Positions 9,169 through 17,973 are shown, counted from the first letter of the stretch. The stretch is DNA of 20,543 nucleotides from Polyangiales bacterium (GCA_045106895.1 JBGCFM010000048.1:1-20543); one strand, 5' to 3'. Notes: generated by a model from the sequence alone, not told the origin. Made by a program: numbers and translations.

Positions 9169-10661
9169 TGAAGAAGCCTATGACCATTCGCCGCCGTTCG
9201 TTTCTCGTCGGCGCGGGCGGGGCCACCCTCGCCATTCCGCTGCTGAGCTCACTGGGTCAGAACACGGTCCGGGCTCAAGAGCGCCCCACCAAGAACTTCG
9301 TTTCGTATCGCATCACGAACGGGCACTTTGGCCACCAGTGGTATCCGGCGAACGAAGCCGTGGACTCCGCAGGTGGACTTCAGCCCATGGGTGAAGGCGT
9401 CATCGGCACGCGTCTCGCGAACTTGCCGGGCGAGATATCGCCGCTCCTCGACGCCCAGTTCGATCCTTTTCGCGAAAAGATGGTGTTGCTGCGGCACCTG
9501 GATCGTCTCGACCACTGCAACCACTCGTCCATGAACGGGCTGCTCGGGTACACAGGCACGGAAGGGCGTTTGCCCGAATCCCCGGAGAACCTCCCGCCCT
9601 CCATCGATCAGATCATGGCGCAGCATGTGTTCGGAGGCGAGATCTCGCCGCTGAATCTATCGGTGCGTTGGAGCGAGGCACTGCCTTCGTGTTCCTACAG
9701 CATCTCGCCGGAAGGCCCGGTTCGTGTTCCCGGTCTCACCGCGCAGCAGGCGTACCAACAACTCTTCGCGGAGTTTGAGCTTGGAGAGAGCGAAGCATCA
9801 CGGCGTCGTGGGCTTACGCGGAGCGTCATCGACCGCGTTTTGCCGCACTATCGTTCGGTGCGCGACAATCGGCGCTTGTCTCGCGCCGATCGCCATCGCC
9901 TCGAGCAGCACATCGAACACATGGATGCGCTCTCCAGGCGGCTCGAAAGTGGTCGAGGCGAATGTATGCCGCCGCTCGAGCCGGAGACGGGTCGTGTGCG
10001 CTCTGCGGATGTCGACCGCGCGGGTCGAGAGCAGGTGGACATTGGCATCGCCGCGCTTCGTTGCGGGCTGACGAATATCGTCAACTTCTACCTCGACCCC
10101 GACACGCTCTTTACGGGTGACCTCCATGGAGTAGACGGCGGTCACCACGGCGCGAGTCACTCGACGAGCGACACGGCCGTCGAGAGCATCTTCAACGCCC
10201 ACCAGTGGCATATGCGCAACATCGCACGCTTCGCGGCCGGCCTAGAGGCCACCGAGTCCGGTGACGGTACGCTCCTCGATGAAACGATGATTCTCGTCAA
10301 CAACGAGCTTGGAAGTCAGTCCGGGGCGTCCGGCAATCAGCTTGGGCAATACGACCTAAACCACGCCAGCTACGACATCCAAACGCTCATTATTGGCTCC
10401 GCCGGCGGCGCGCTCCAGACCGGGAACTTCCTCGACTATCGTAGCGGCCACGAGCGCGGACGATGGACCCGTCATATCGGGATGGCCTACAACCAGGTCT
10501 ACATCACCGCGATGTTGGCGATGGGACTCGAGCCTGAACACTGGGAAGTCGGTGGCGCTCAGGGCTACGGCGATATGCGAGGCGACAAGTGGGGCCGGAC
10601 CCCTCTCGACCAAGTTCAGATGGGCGACCTTCGAGCGGGCTTGCCGGGCGTCATTTCTTAG
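9168..10661 (+). CDS. DUF1552-family protein with Tat signal peptide
   Basis: TAATG coupling to the DUF1592 gene. Twin-arginine signal IRRRSFLVGAGGATLAIPLL. Motifs SIDQIMA, LSRADRHRLEQH, HHGASH and TLLDET. This is the usual partner of DUF1592 genes. Confidence 0.88.
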   Translation: MKKPMTIRRRSFLVGAGGATLAIPLLSSLGQNTVRAQERPTKNFVSYRITNGHFGHQWYPANEAVDSAGGLQPMGEGVIGTRLANLPGEISPLLDAQFDPFREKMVLLRHLDRLDHCNHSSMNGLLGYTGTEGRLPESPENLPPSIDQIMAQHVFGGEISPLNLSVRWSEALPSCSYSISPEGPVRVPGLTAQQAYQQLFAEFELGESEASRRRGLTRSVIDRVLPHYRSVRDNRRLSRADRHRLEQHIEHMDALSRRLESGRGECMPPLEPETGRVRSADVDRAGREQVDIGIAALRCGLTNIVNFYLDPDTLFTGDLHGVDGGHHGASHSTSDTAVESIFNAHQWHMRNIARFAAGLEATESGDGTLLDETMILVNNELGSQSGASGNQLGQYDLNHASYDIQTLIIGSAGGALQTGNFLDYRSGHERGRWTRHIGMAYNQVYITAMLAMGLEPEHWEVGGAQGYGDMRGDKWGRTPLDQVQMGDLRAGLPGVIS

Positions 10662-10684
10662 CGGCGGTGCTTGCGGTCGGGAGC

Positions 10685-11182
10685 CTACAGATGACGCACG
10701 CCGCCCATTCGCGTCGAAGGAACGGGTTGAGGCGCGGGGGCGGCGACTGGTTCCGCCGGGCGTTCTTCGGCTGTCGGCGCCGCTTCCTCTGGCGGTGCTT
10801 CGACGCCCGGTTGTTCTTGCGCTTCAGCCGCCTCGGCGAGGGCTTCGACGACGACGGCGGGTTCCGGTTCTCGCTCAGGCTCTAACGGCGCTTCACTTCC
10901 GCATGCGCTGGCGAGGAGCGATGAGAGGAGCACAAAAGAGCCGAGCGCACGCGGTCGAGGGAGCTCGCGTCGAAAGATGCCGTCACCGACGGGGTTTGCT
11001 CGAAACCGGGCGCACACCTTGCCGCTTGATGCAGCATGGAAGGCCGCTTCGAACTCTCGCTTGGTCATATTCGTTGCGTCGATGACGTCATGCTCGCAGG
11101 CCTGGCAGAAGCGTCGTCCCTGCTCCCCGAGCTCCATCGCGTCCCAGTTTTCGTTGCACGCTTCATCGATTCGGTAGGCCAT
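10685..11182 (-). CDS. Hypothetical protein with N-terminal Cys-cluster domain, internal lipobox-like segment and Pro/Glu-rich tail
   Basis: CNENWDAM...FCQACEHDVID...VCARF, then LGSFVLLSSLLASAC, then a low-complexity tail ending MGGVRHL. Confidence 0.8.
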   Translation of the reverse strand: MAYRIDEACNENWDAMELGEQGRRFCQACEHDVIDATNMTKREFEAAFHAASSGKVCARFRANPVGDGIFRRELPRPRALGSFVLLSSLLASACGSEAPLEPEREPEPAVVVEALAEAAEAQEQPGVEAPPEEAAPTAEERPAEPVAAPAPQPVPSTRMGGVRHL

Positions 11183-11336
11183 GGAGTTCTGACCCCCGAC
11201 AAAGCGAACCCTTGGGACATGTCGTCACTTTTATGGGTCTTCGGCGTCGTAGTGGCGTTCGCCGAGGCTCATCATCGCGAAAAAAGGCCTGTTTAGGCCG
11301 TCGTACGCCCGGCGAGAGTCTTGCAACACCCCAATC

Positions 11337-11804
11337 ATGATCGTGCAGCGCATTCGAGGCGACCTCTTGGACATCGACGTCGACGCCATCGTGAACCCCT
11401 GGAACCGCAACGTGATCCCGTGGTGGCTCCTGATTCCCCAAGGGGTCTCCGGCGCCATCAAGCGACGAGCGGGCCTCGAGCCATTCCGGGAGCTCGCGAG
11501 ACATGGACCGATGGCTCTGGGGTCCGCCGCTCATACAAGCGCTGGGCGGCTGCCCTACCAAGGCATCGTTCACGTGGCGGGCATCGATATGTTCTGGCGA
11601 GCGTCGCCGCGCTCCGTTGTCGACTCCGCGCGAAACGCCGTCCGGTGCGCCGAGCGACGAGGCTATCGCAGCTTGGCGCTGCCCTTGATCGGAGCGGGAT
11701 CAGGTGGGTTCGACGAAGAGAGGAGCGAAGAGCTCCTCCTCGAGACCTTGATTGATATGGAGTCGATGATCAGCGCCAGCGTCGTTCGCTTCGCGCGGCG
11801 TTAG
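11337..11804 (+). CDS. Macro domain (Appr-1-p processing / ADP-ribose-binding) protein, variant subfamily
   Basis: GDLLDIDVDAIVN, GVSGAIKRRAG, TSAGRLP, IVHVAG and SLALPLIGAGSGG. Confidence 0.9.
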   Translation: MIVQRIRGDLLDIDVDAIVNPWNRNVIPWWLLIPQGVSGAIKRRAGLEPFRELARHGPMALGSAAHTSAGRLPYQGIVHVAGIDMFWRASPRSVVDSARNAVRCAERRGYRSLALPLIGAGSGGFDEERSEELLLETLIDMESMISASVVRFARR

Positions 11805-11841
11805 GGGCTCGCCTGAATCGTCCTCCAAACGTGAGAGCCCG

Positions 11842-11870
11842 TCGACGCGGAGGCACTTGGGCACTAGCGT
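11842..11870 (+). promoter_or_regulatory. Putative sigma70-type promoter with leaderless geometry
   Basis: TCGACG-N17-TAGCGT, then 6 nt to ATG 11877; same architecture as 1890-1918. Confidence 0.45.
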
Positions 11871-11876
11871 CGCCTC

Positions 11877-13643
11877 ATGCATCCCCTCAAGCGCCTGCTT
11901 CAGTATGCCTCCGGCCATGACGCCCGCGTGCGGCGCGCGACGACGTATTCGATCCTCAACAAGGTCTTCGACCTCGGGCCGCCCTTTCTTATCGGGATGG
12001 CCGTCGACGTGGTGGTCCGTGACGAAACGTCCATCGTCGCCTCGGTCTTCGGCGTCACCGATCAGCTGCAGCAGCTCTTCGTCCTCGCGGCATTGAACGC
12101 CGTGGTGTGGATCCTCGAGTCGGCGTTCGAGTACCTCTACCAGGTCGAGTGGCGAAACCTGGCGCAAGCGATTCAACATCACGCGCGACTCGACGCGTGG
12201 CGACATGTGCAGTCGCTGGAGATGAAGTGGTTCGAAGATCGCTCGACGGGCGGCTTGATGGCCATCCTCAACGACGACGTCAATCAGCTGGAGCGCTTCC
12301 TTGATCGCGGCGCCAACGACCTCCTGCAGACGGCGACGACGGTGATCGTGATCGGCGCTGCGTTCTTCGTCCTCGCGCCCCAGGTCGCGCCTTTTGCGTT
12401 CTTGCCGGTGCCTTTGATCCTGTGGGGCTCTTTTCGCTTCCAGCGACGTCTTGAGCCTAAGTATGCCGTCGTCCGAGAGCGCGCCGGAGAGCTGAGCTCC
12501 ACATTGGCGAACGACCTCGGGGGCGTCGCGACGATCAAAGCCTTCGGCGCCGAAGAGCGTGAAGTGAAGCGCCTGAACGATGAGTCCCTCGCGTACCAGG
12601 CCGCGAACGCCGAGGCGATTCGTGTGAGCTCGGCCTTCGTGCCTCTGATTCGTATGGCGATCCTCGTGGGCTTCACGGCGACGCTCGTCTGGGGCGGCTG
12701 GCTGACGCTTCAGGGCACCCTCGAGGTCGGCACCTACAGCGTGATGGTTTACGTGACGCAGCGCCTGCTTTGGCCGCTGACGCGTCTCGGCGAGACCTTT
12801 GACCTCTATCAGCGCGCCATGGCGTCGACGCGACGGATCTTGGACTTGCTCGCGGAACAGCCCGCGATCTTGCCGGGTGAAGATTCCCTCGCGGAGCGCC
12901 CCGAGGGCGAGCTGAAGTTTGACGACGTGACGTTCTCTTATGGCGGGGACACGAAGATTCTAAAGAACCTCAACCTGCATGTTCCGGCCGGAGAGACACA
13001 CGCGGTGGTGGGTTCGACGGGGAGCGGCAAGAGCACGCTCGTCAAGCTTCTCCTTCGTTTGCACGAGGTCGAAGATGGCGGCGTGTCCGTCGACGAGCAC
13101 GACGTGAAGGCGTTGACCTTCGAGAGTCTTCGCGGCGCAATCGGACTCGTGGCGCAGGACGTCTTCCTCTTTCACGGCACCGTCCGCGAGAACGTTCTCT
13201 ATGGGCGACCGGACGCGAGCGACGACGAGCTCCTGCGCGCAGCGGGGCTAGCGGAAGCGACGGAGTTCATCGAGGCGCTGCCCGAAGGCTGGGAGACCAT
13301 CGTGGGGGAGCGCGGACAGAAACTGAGCGGAGGTCAGCGACAGCGGCTCTCCATCGCGCGCGCGATTCTGCGTGACCCGGCGATCTTGGTTCTCGACGAA
13401 GCGACGAGCGCCGTGGACAACGAGACCGAGGCAGCGATTCAGCGAAGCCTGGAGCGGGTGTCCGAAGGCCGAACCACGTTGGTTATCGCGCACCGGCTGA
13501 GCACCGTACGCAACGCCCATCAGATTCACGTCCTCGACAAGGGCAGCGTGAGCGAGAGCGGAACCCACGAGGAGCTGCTCGCGGCGAACGGAATTTACGC
13601 AGGGCTTTGGCGCGTGCAGACGGGTGACGCGAAGGCTGCTTAG
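11877..13643 (+). CDS. ABC exporter, fused permease/ATP-binding protein (MsbA/MdlB-like)
   Basis: N-terminal multi-TM domain, Walker [11 protein letters not shown]-loop VAQD, signature LSGGQRQR, Walker [13 protein letters not shown] and H-loop IAHRLST. Confidence 0.96.
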   Translation: MHPLKRLLQYASGHDARVRRATTYSILNKVFDLGPPFLIGMAVDVVVRDETSIVASVFGVTDQLQQLFVLAALNAVVWILESAFEYLYQVEWRNLAQAIQHHARLDAWRHVQSLEMKWFEDRSTGGLMAILNDDVNQLERFLDRGANDLLQTATTVIVIGAAFFVLAPQVAPFAFLPVPLILWGSFRFQRRLEPKYAVVRERAGELSSTLANDLGGVATIKAFGAEEREVKRLNDESLAYQAANAEAIRVSSAFVPLIRMAILVGFTATLVWGGWLTLQGTLEVGTYSVMVYVTQRLLWPLTRLGETFDLYQRAMASTRRILDLLAEQPAILPGEDSLAERPEGELKFDDVTFSYGGDTKILKNLNLHVPAGETHAVVGSTGSGKSTLVKLLLRLHEVEDGGVSVDEHDVKALTFESLRGAIGLVAQDVFLFHGTVRENVLYGRPDASDDELLRAAGLAEATEFIEALPEGWETIVGERGQKLSGGQRQRLSIARAILRDPAILVLDEATSAVDNETEAAIQRSLERVSEGRTTLVIAHRLSTVRNAHQIHVLDKGSVSESGTHEELLAANGIYAGLWRVQTGDAKAA

Positions 13644-14617
13644 TGCGCGCTCACTCGCGCTCGCATATCCTCCCGCCCGCATCCGTGGAGACACTCGATG
13701 CTCCACGGCGCGCCGTCCGAGTCGTGAAGCCAAGCTGCGACGACGTGACGGTTCTCGAGTTGGACCTGGAAATAGCATGGGGTCATCGAAAAAGGGGCGA
13801 TGCACGCTTCGCTCATCTCGTAGGACACGATGCCCTCTTCCACGGGAGGGCACGCGTGCCCGCCAAGGAGGTCACAAGCATCCTCGGCGGACGCGCCGCG
13901 CAGTCGCCAGGTCGCTGCTGCCGCTGCGCGGACAGTTCGATAGTCGCTTGTACGTTCGTCGGCGTAGAGGCCGCCAGGATCAGCCTGCCAGCGGTCGGCG
14001 CTAAAGTTGTTCCGGGCCCAAACCACTGTGACCACCAAGGTCAGAGCGGCGAAGAGAAGCGTGGCGGGCAACAGGGAAGCGCGTTCTGTGGACGCGTTGT
14101 GGATCTCCGTGCGGTAGGGGCCCTGTTCTACGTGGACGGTTTGGATCGCCGAAACCGAAACCGAGAGCGCGCCTCTTCGAATCCGAAGCGCCACAGCTGT
14201 GAGGAGCAGGGCGCCGATGGGGGTGATCCAGTCCGACCAAAGGAAGAGTTTCACGAAGAGAACCTCGGCCAAAACAAGGGCGGCGAGAACGCGCACGATT
14301 CCCAAGCGAGAGAGCAGCGCGTACGCCAGAAAGAGGACGTGACCGCTATAACCAGGCATGGGCAAGAACGCTCTCGCGAGGGCAAGGCCGACGACGAAGA
14401 GGTCGACGGGGAGAGTCTTGGCAAAAGTTCTGGGGTAGAGCAGCTGCACCATGAACGCGGCGAAGGGCGCGGCGATCGGGGTGTTGTAGTAGAGGCCGTA
14501 GTGAAGGGATTCACCGGACCTAAAAACGAGAAAGTAGGACGCGACGGACGCTGTCGCTCCGATGGCGCACAGCACTTCGATTGCGCGCCGTCGCTTTTTG
14601 GACACTCGACTCAGCAC
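13640..14617 (-). CDS. Hypothetical multi-pass membrane protein with a C-terminal extracytoplasmic Cys-containing domain
   Basis: The C-terminal ~325 aa of the 492-aa ORF has about 6-7 hydrophobic helices followed by a soluble domain. It fills the gap between the ABC and zinc-ribbon genes. Start GTG 14617 or 14605; the upstream extension overlaps the zinc-ribbon gene. Confidence 0.7.
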   Translation of the reverse strand: MLSRVSKKRRRAIEVLCAIGATASVASYFLVFRSGESLHYGLYYNTPIAAPFAAFMVQLLYPRTFAKTLPVDLFVVGLALARAFLPMPGYSGHVLFLAYALLSRLGIVRVLAALVLAEVLFVKLFLWSDWITPIGALLLTAVALRIRRGALSVSVSAIQTVHVEQGPYRTEIHNASTERASLLPATLLFAALTLVVTVVWARNNFSADRWQADPGGLYADERTSDYRTVRAAAAATWRLRGASAEDACDLLGGHACPPVEEGIVSYEMSEACIAPFSMTPCYFQVQLENRHVVAAWLHDSDGAPWSIECLHGCGREDMRARVSAH

Positions 14618-14715
14618 GTATGCCGAACGGCGTGCTGTCTCTCGTCTATTCCACCATCCCCGCGGGGCAGTCCGAATCGAATGGCGAAGAGCGCAGGAGT
14701 GCTTATACGTGAGCG

Positions 14716-15234
14716 ATGAATTGCCCGAGATGTGACAAGTCGCTCCACGCGAGCACGGCTCTACGCGCTCATAGCTGCCGCGAATGCGGAGGTCGCTGGG
14801 TTCCCTCGGCGAGCGTGGAAGAGTGGAGAGAGCTTCGTGAGTCTGTGCCTCCGGCGGCGCCCAAGCCCGGACATGACAAGCTCGCCGCGGTGTGTCCTGA
14901 AGGACATGGTTTCCTCCGTCGTGTTCGCATGGAGGAGCTAGGTTTCTCCCTCGATCGCTGTCCGCGCTGCGGGGGCGTGTGGTTCGACCATGGCGAATGG
15001 GACCGCCTCGCAGAGGCCAACGTCGTGGAGAACCTCTCGGTGCTCTGGGACCCTGCTTTTCGCGCTGCCAAGCGTCAGGAAAAGGAACAGGCACGTATCG
15101 ACGACGAGCTGCGTGCACAGATCGGGGAAGAGAGCTTCGCGCGCCTCCGTGAGTTTACAGACTGGCTCACCGATGAGCCGGCCAAGTCACGCGTCCTGGC
15201 GTGGATCGAACACGAGCTTCGCGAAGAAACGTAG
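14716..15234 (+). CDS. Double zf-TFIIB-type zinc-ribbon protein
   Basis: CPRC...CRECGGRW and CPEGH...LDRCPRCGGVWFDHGEW, followed by a helical C-terminus. Confidence 0.85.
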   Translation: MNCPRCDKSLHASTALRAHSCRECGGRWVPSASVEEWRELRESVPPAAPKPGHDKLAAVCPEGHGFLRRVRMEELGFSLDRCPRCGGVWFDHGEWDRLAEANVVENLSVLWDPAFRAAKRQEKEQARIDDELRAQIGEESFARLREFTDWLTDEPAKSRVLAWIEHELREET

Positions 15235-15241
15235 CGCAGCT

Positions 15242-17017
15242 CTACGGCTCGGCCGTCATCGCGGAGTTCATGGAAGCCTGGTTGTCCCGGGGGTCAACCT
15301 CGATGGCGACTCGTTGCCGTGTCCTCGCTTCGATTCGAACGGTGATTCGTTCACCAGGTTCAAAGCCGAATGGATAGAGGGTTAGGACCTGCGGACCTAC
15401 AGGGAGCGTAGCGTTGAGGGGCGTTCGTCCAAGGCGCCGACCTTGGTGTTCCACGATCGCCCAGCCGCTATTCGCTTCGATGTGAATGGAGCCCGTTGTG
15501 AACTGTTCTTCATCGAAGGCGTCTGCCTCGCTCGCTTCGGCCTCGGCCTCGGCCTCGCGTGCTGCACGTCTGTGTTCACGTCTCAACGCGCTCGACGTCG
15601 AACGCATGGTTTGTGTTTCGACGGGTTCGTCAACGGGCTCTTCGACGGGTTCGTCAACAGGCTCCTCGGCGTGTTCATCCACAGGTTCCTCGACGGGCTC
15701 CTCGATAGGCCTCTGCGCTTCGTTCGCTTCAGTCGCGACTGGATCAAGTTCGGCGTGCTCGTTCGCTCCGAGTCCGTAGAAGGCCGAGCTTGTATAGGCC
15801 GCATACGCACCGCCGAAAGCAAGAGCGAGAAGCGCGAGCACGCCAAAGATCCGCCCCGTTTTCTTCTGAGGCGCTGAAGTGTGCCGTTCGTCTTCGGGCC
15901 GAAGCAGCGGCGCTCGCTCGCGCCTTGTCGAAGACGCGACGGGAAAACCAGGCTCATTCTCACGCGCGACAGGTCGAGTCGACACCACGGAAGGGGTGAT
16001 CTCCATGGCCTCCACGGCTGCGACGGACTCCAGCACTTTCTCGTGGCGGTCGCGGAACAGATGCTTCATCCAGTCGGCGATCTCCGCCGACTCGAAGGGA
16101 ACGCCGGTGCGAGCGACAAACGCTCGGAGCGCCCGTCCAAGGTCGCGTGCGCTCTGGTAACGCGCGTTCGGGTCACGCCGCAACGCCTTCTGAACGATGT
16201 CCGCGAGCTCTTCGGGCACCCAAGGCGCATGCGACGTCGCCCGTGGTATGGGCTCTTCCAACACCGCCATCGCGCTCTTGATGGCGGTGTCGCGCCGAAA
16301 CAACTGATGAAGGGTCAAGGTCTCCCAGAGGCAGATGCCAAGGGCGAAAACATCCGCCCTCGCATCGACACTCTCCTCTCGAAGCTGTTCCGGTGCGGCG
16401 TAGGAGACTTTCCCCTTCATCACGCCGGCGCCCGTGTGCGTGACGCGTTCAAGGGCCTTGGCACATCCGAAGTCCACGACTTTGACGGCGCCCTCGTAGG
16501 TAATGAAGAGGTTCTGCGGGGACACGTCGCGGTGAACCACGCCGAGGTGCGTGCCGTCAGCGCTCTTGAGATCGTGCGCAGCTTGTAGCCCCTCGCACGC
16601 GTCCGCGATGATGCGGGCGGCGATGTAGGGGAGCGTTTGCAGCAGGTCGTCGGAACGTGCGGTGACGATGCGGTTGATCACGTCGAAGAGCGGTTCTCCG
16701 ACGAGGTATTCCATCGCGAGGTAGTAGACCTCACCGACCTCACCAAAGTCGTACACCGCGCACACGTTTGGATGCGTGATCTGGGACGCGATGCGCGCTT
16801 CGTCGAGGAACATATCGACGAAGGTTTGTTCCTTCGCCAGGTGTTGATGGATGGTCTTCAACGCGACGAGGCGGTCGAGTCCACCGGCGAGGCGCATCTT
16901 GCTGAGGTAGACCGTGGCCATGCCGCCGGAGCCCACAGCTTTGTGGAGCGTAAAGCGACCTAGACTATGAGGTAGCCGAGGTGCCAGCGATCGATGTTCT
17001 GGTTCCGGCACGGTCAT
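15242..17017 (-). CDS. Hanks-type Ser/Thr protein kinase with TM helix and C-terminal PEGA-like domain
   Basis: GSGGMATVY, VALK, HRDVSPQN, DFG, APE and DVFALG. TM segment IFGVLALLALAFGGAYAAY. C-terminal GRRLGRTPLNATLPVG. AGGA lies 7 nt before the ATG. Confidence 0.95.
   Translation of the reverse strand: MTVPEPEHRSLAPRLPHSLGRFTLHKAVGSGGMATVYLSKMRLAGGLDRLVALKTIHQHLAKEQTFVDMFLDEARIASQITHPNVCAVYDFGEVGEVYYLAMEYLVGEPLFDVINRIVTARSDDLLQTLPYIAARIIADACEGLQAAHDLKSADGTHLGVVHRDVSPQNLFITYEGAVKVVDFGCAKALERVTHTGAGVMKGKVSYAAPEQLREESVDARADVFALGICLWETLTLHQLFRRDTAIKSAMAVLEEPIPRATSHAPWVPEELADIVQKALRRDPNARYQSARDLGRALRAFVARTGVPFESAEIADWMKHLFRDRHEKVLESVAAVEAMEITPSVVSTRPVARENEPGFPVASSTRRERAPLLRPEDERHTSAPQKKTGRIFGVLALLALAFGGAYAAYTSSAFYGLGANEHAELDPVATEANEAQRPIEEPVEEPVDEHAEEPVDEPVEEPVDEPVETQTMRSTSSALRREHRRAAREAEAEAEASEADAFDEEQFTTGSIHIEANSGWAIVEHQGRRLGRTPLNATLPVGPQVLTLYPFGFEPGERITVRIEARTRQRVAIEVDPRDNQASMNSAMTAEP
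15614..15709 (-). repeat. Eight imperfect 12-bp tandem repeats in the kinase linker
   Basis: Encodes PIEE-PVEE-PVDE-HAEE-PVDE-PVEE-PVDE-PVET. TTCGACGGGTTCGTCAAC recurs at 15617 and 15641. Confidence 0.8.
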
Positions 17018-17079
17018 TCGGCGTTCCTACGCTGAGGATAGACCATTTTTGCCCTTCGCGTTGTCGGGCGTGCTCTCGT

Positions 17080-17907
17080 CTAAACTAAGGGAACCAAAAC
17101 CCCTGCATCGCGGAGCAGGGACTCGATGGCGTCCCAGTACACGGCGCCGCGGAGCATATCGTTGTGACCGCTGCTTGCGATCTGCAGTCGTGGCGAGGGC
17201 GCGCTTTCGGGCCTGCGAGCTGCGGCGAGGGCTTCCCCGTGGTGCGTAGGGATCAGCTGGTCGCGATCGCCATGAATGACGAGGAGTGGGCCGGCGTATT
17301 GACCAAGGGCTGTCTCCGTATCGAAGCGGTTGCTCAGCAAAAAGCCGGGCACATACATTCGATCCCAGGCGACCTTCGGAAAGCTGCAGAACGTGGACTC
17401 AAGGATGAGCGCTCGTGGCGGATGCTCAGCGATCAGCGTCCCGGCGGCGCCGCCACCCAACGAGCGACCGTGGTAGACGAGGCGCTCCATATCGACACGT
17501 GCGTCCCCGGCGAGGGCGAGGCGAAGAGAACGGAGATCCGCGGCGAAGGCGTCCTCCGATGGCTTCCCAGCGCTTCGGCCGTAGCCTCGAAACTCGGCGA
17601 GGATGACGGTGACACCGAGCTGGCGGTAGGGCTCCATGGCTGCCGGCCACATGTCGATGCGCTCGCCGTTTCCGTGTGTGTAGATCACCGCGGGTCCTGG
17701 CGTCTCTTCCGTGACGCCTTCGCCGAGGAGCGTCCAGTACTCCACTCGACCTTCTGGGGTGTCGAGCCAGCCGACTTCGGCGTCCGGCGGCGGACTTTCG
17801 ACCTCGTCGCCAAACTGCCCCGGAAAGAGCATGGCGCTCTCGATATAGCCAAGGATGGGCACGAGCAAGCATAGCCCAATCACGAGAAACAGCAGGCGGC
17901 GTTGCAT
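17080..17907 (-). CDS. Alpha/beta hydrolase (ABHD13/Bem46/YfhR-like), N-terminally membrane-anchored
   Basis: HGNGE, EFRGYGRSAG, nucleophile GRSLGG, HGDRDQLI (Asp) and GHND (His). Start ATG 17907 (MQRRLLFLV) preferred over 17964. Confidence 0.92.
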   Translation of the reverse strand: MQRRLLFLVIGLCLLVPILGYIESAMLFPGQFGDEVESPPPDAEVGWLDTPEGRVEYWTLLGEGVTEETPGPAVIYTHGNGERIDMWPAAMEPYRQLGVTVILAEFRGYGRSAGKPSEDAFAADLRSLRLALAGDARVDMERLVYHGRSLGGGAAGTLIAEHPPRALILESTFCSFPKVAWDRMYVPGFLLSNRFDTETALGQYAGPLLVIHGDRDQLIPTHHGEALAAARRPESAPSPRLQIASSGHNDMLRGAVYWDAIESLLRDAGVLVPLV

Positions 17908-17928
17908 AGGTCGCCCAACGAACGAAGA

Positions 17929-17952
17929 GCGCGCGGAGTGTATTCCGCGCGC
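17929..17952 (-). promoter_or_regulatory. GC-rich inverted repeat between the peptidoglycan hydrolase and alpha/beta hydrolase genes (weak terminator or operator)
   Basis: Minus strand GCGCGCGGA-ATACAC-TCCGCGCGC followed by TCTTCGTT. Confidence 0.5.
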
Positions 17953-17973
17953 CCACTCATTCACATTTCGCCG

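Noticed and set aside
11191..11219. TGTCCCA-N18-GGTC on the minus strand before ATG 11182, resembling an ECF41-type promoter
   Set aside because: The spacer is longer than the TGTCACA-N16-CGTC consensus and there is only one copy.
11337..11804. Macrodomain as a DarG antitoxin or anti-phage defence component
   Set aside because: No DarT or other defence gene is adjacent, and the DarG-type motif and C-terminal domain are absent.
11805..11840. GGGCTC...GAGCCC inverted repeat after the macrodomain gene
   Set aside because: Only 6 bp with a 24-nt loop and no U-tract.
14612..14637. CAGCACG...CGTGCTG hairpin over the putative GTG 14617
   Set aside because: A short GC-rich repeat at an uncertain start codon; plausibly chance.
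13643..14719. 358-aa plus-strand ORF
   Set aside because: Antisense shadow of the membrane-protein gene; its charged composition is what the reverse complement of hydrophobic codons yields.
14618..15118. N-terminal extension of the 492-aa minus ORF
   Set aside because: Arg/Pro-rich, with no recognisable motifs, and overlaps the well-supported zinc-ribbon gene.
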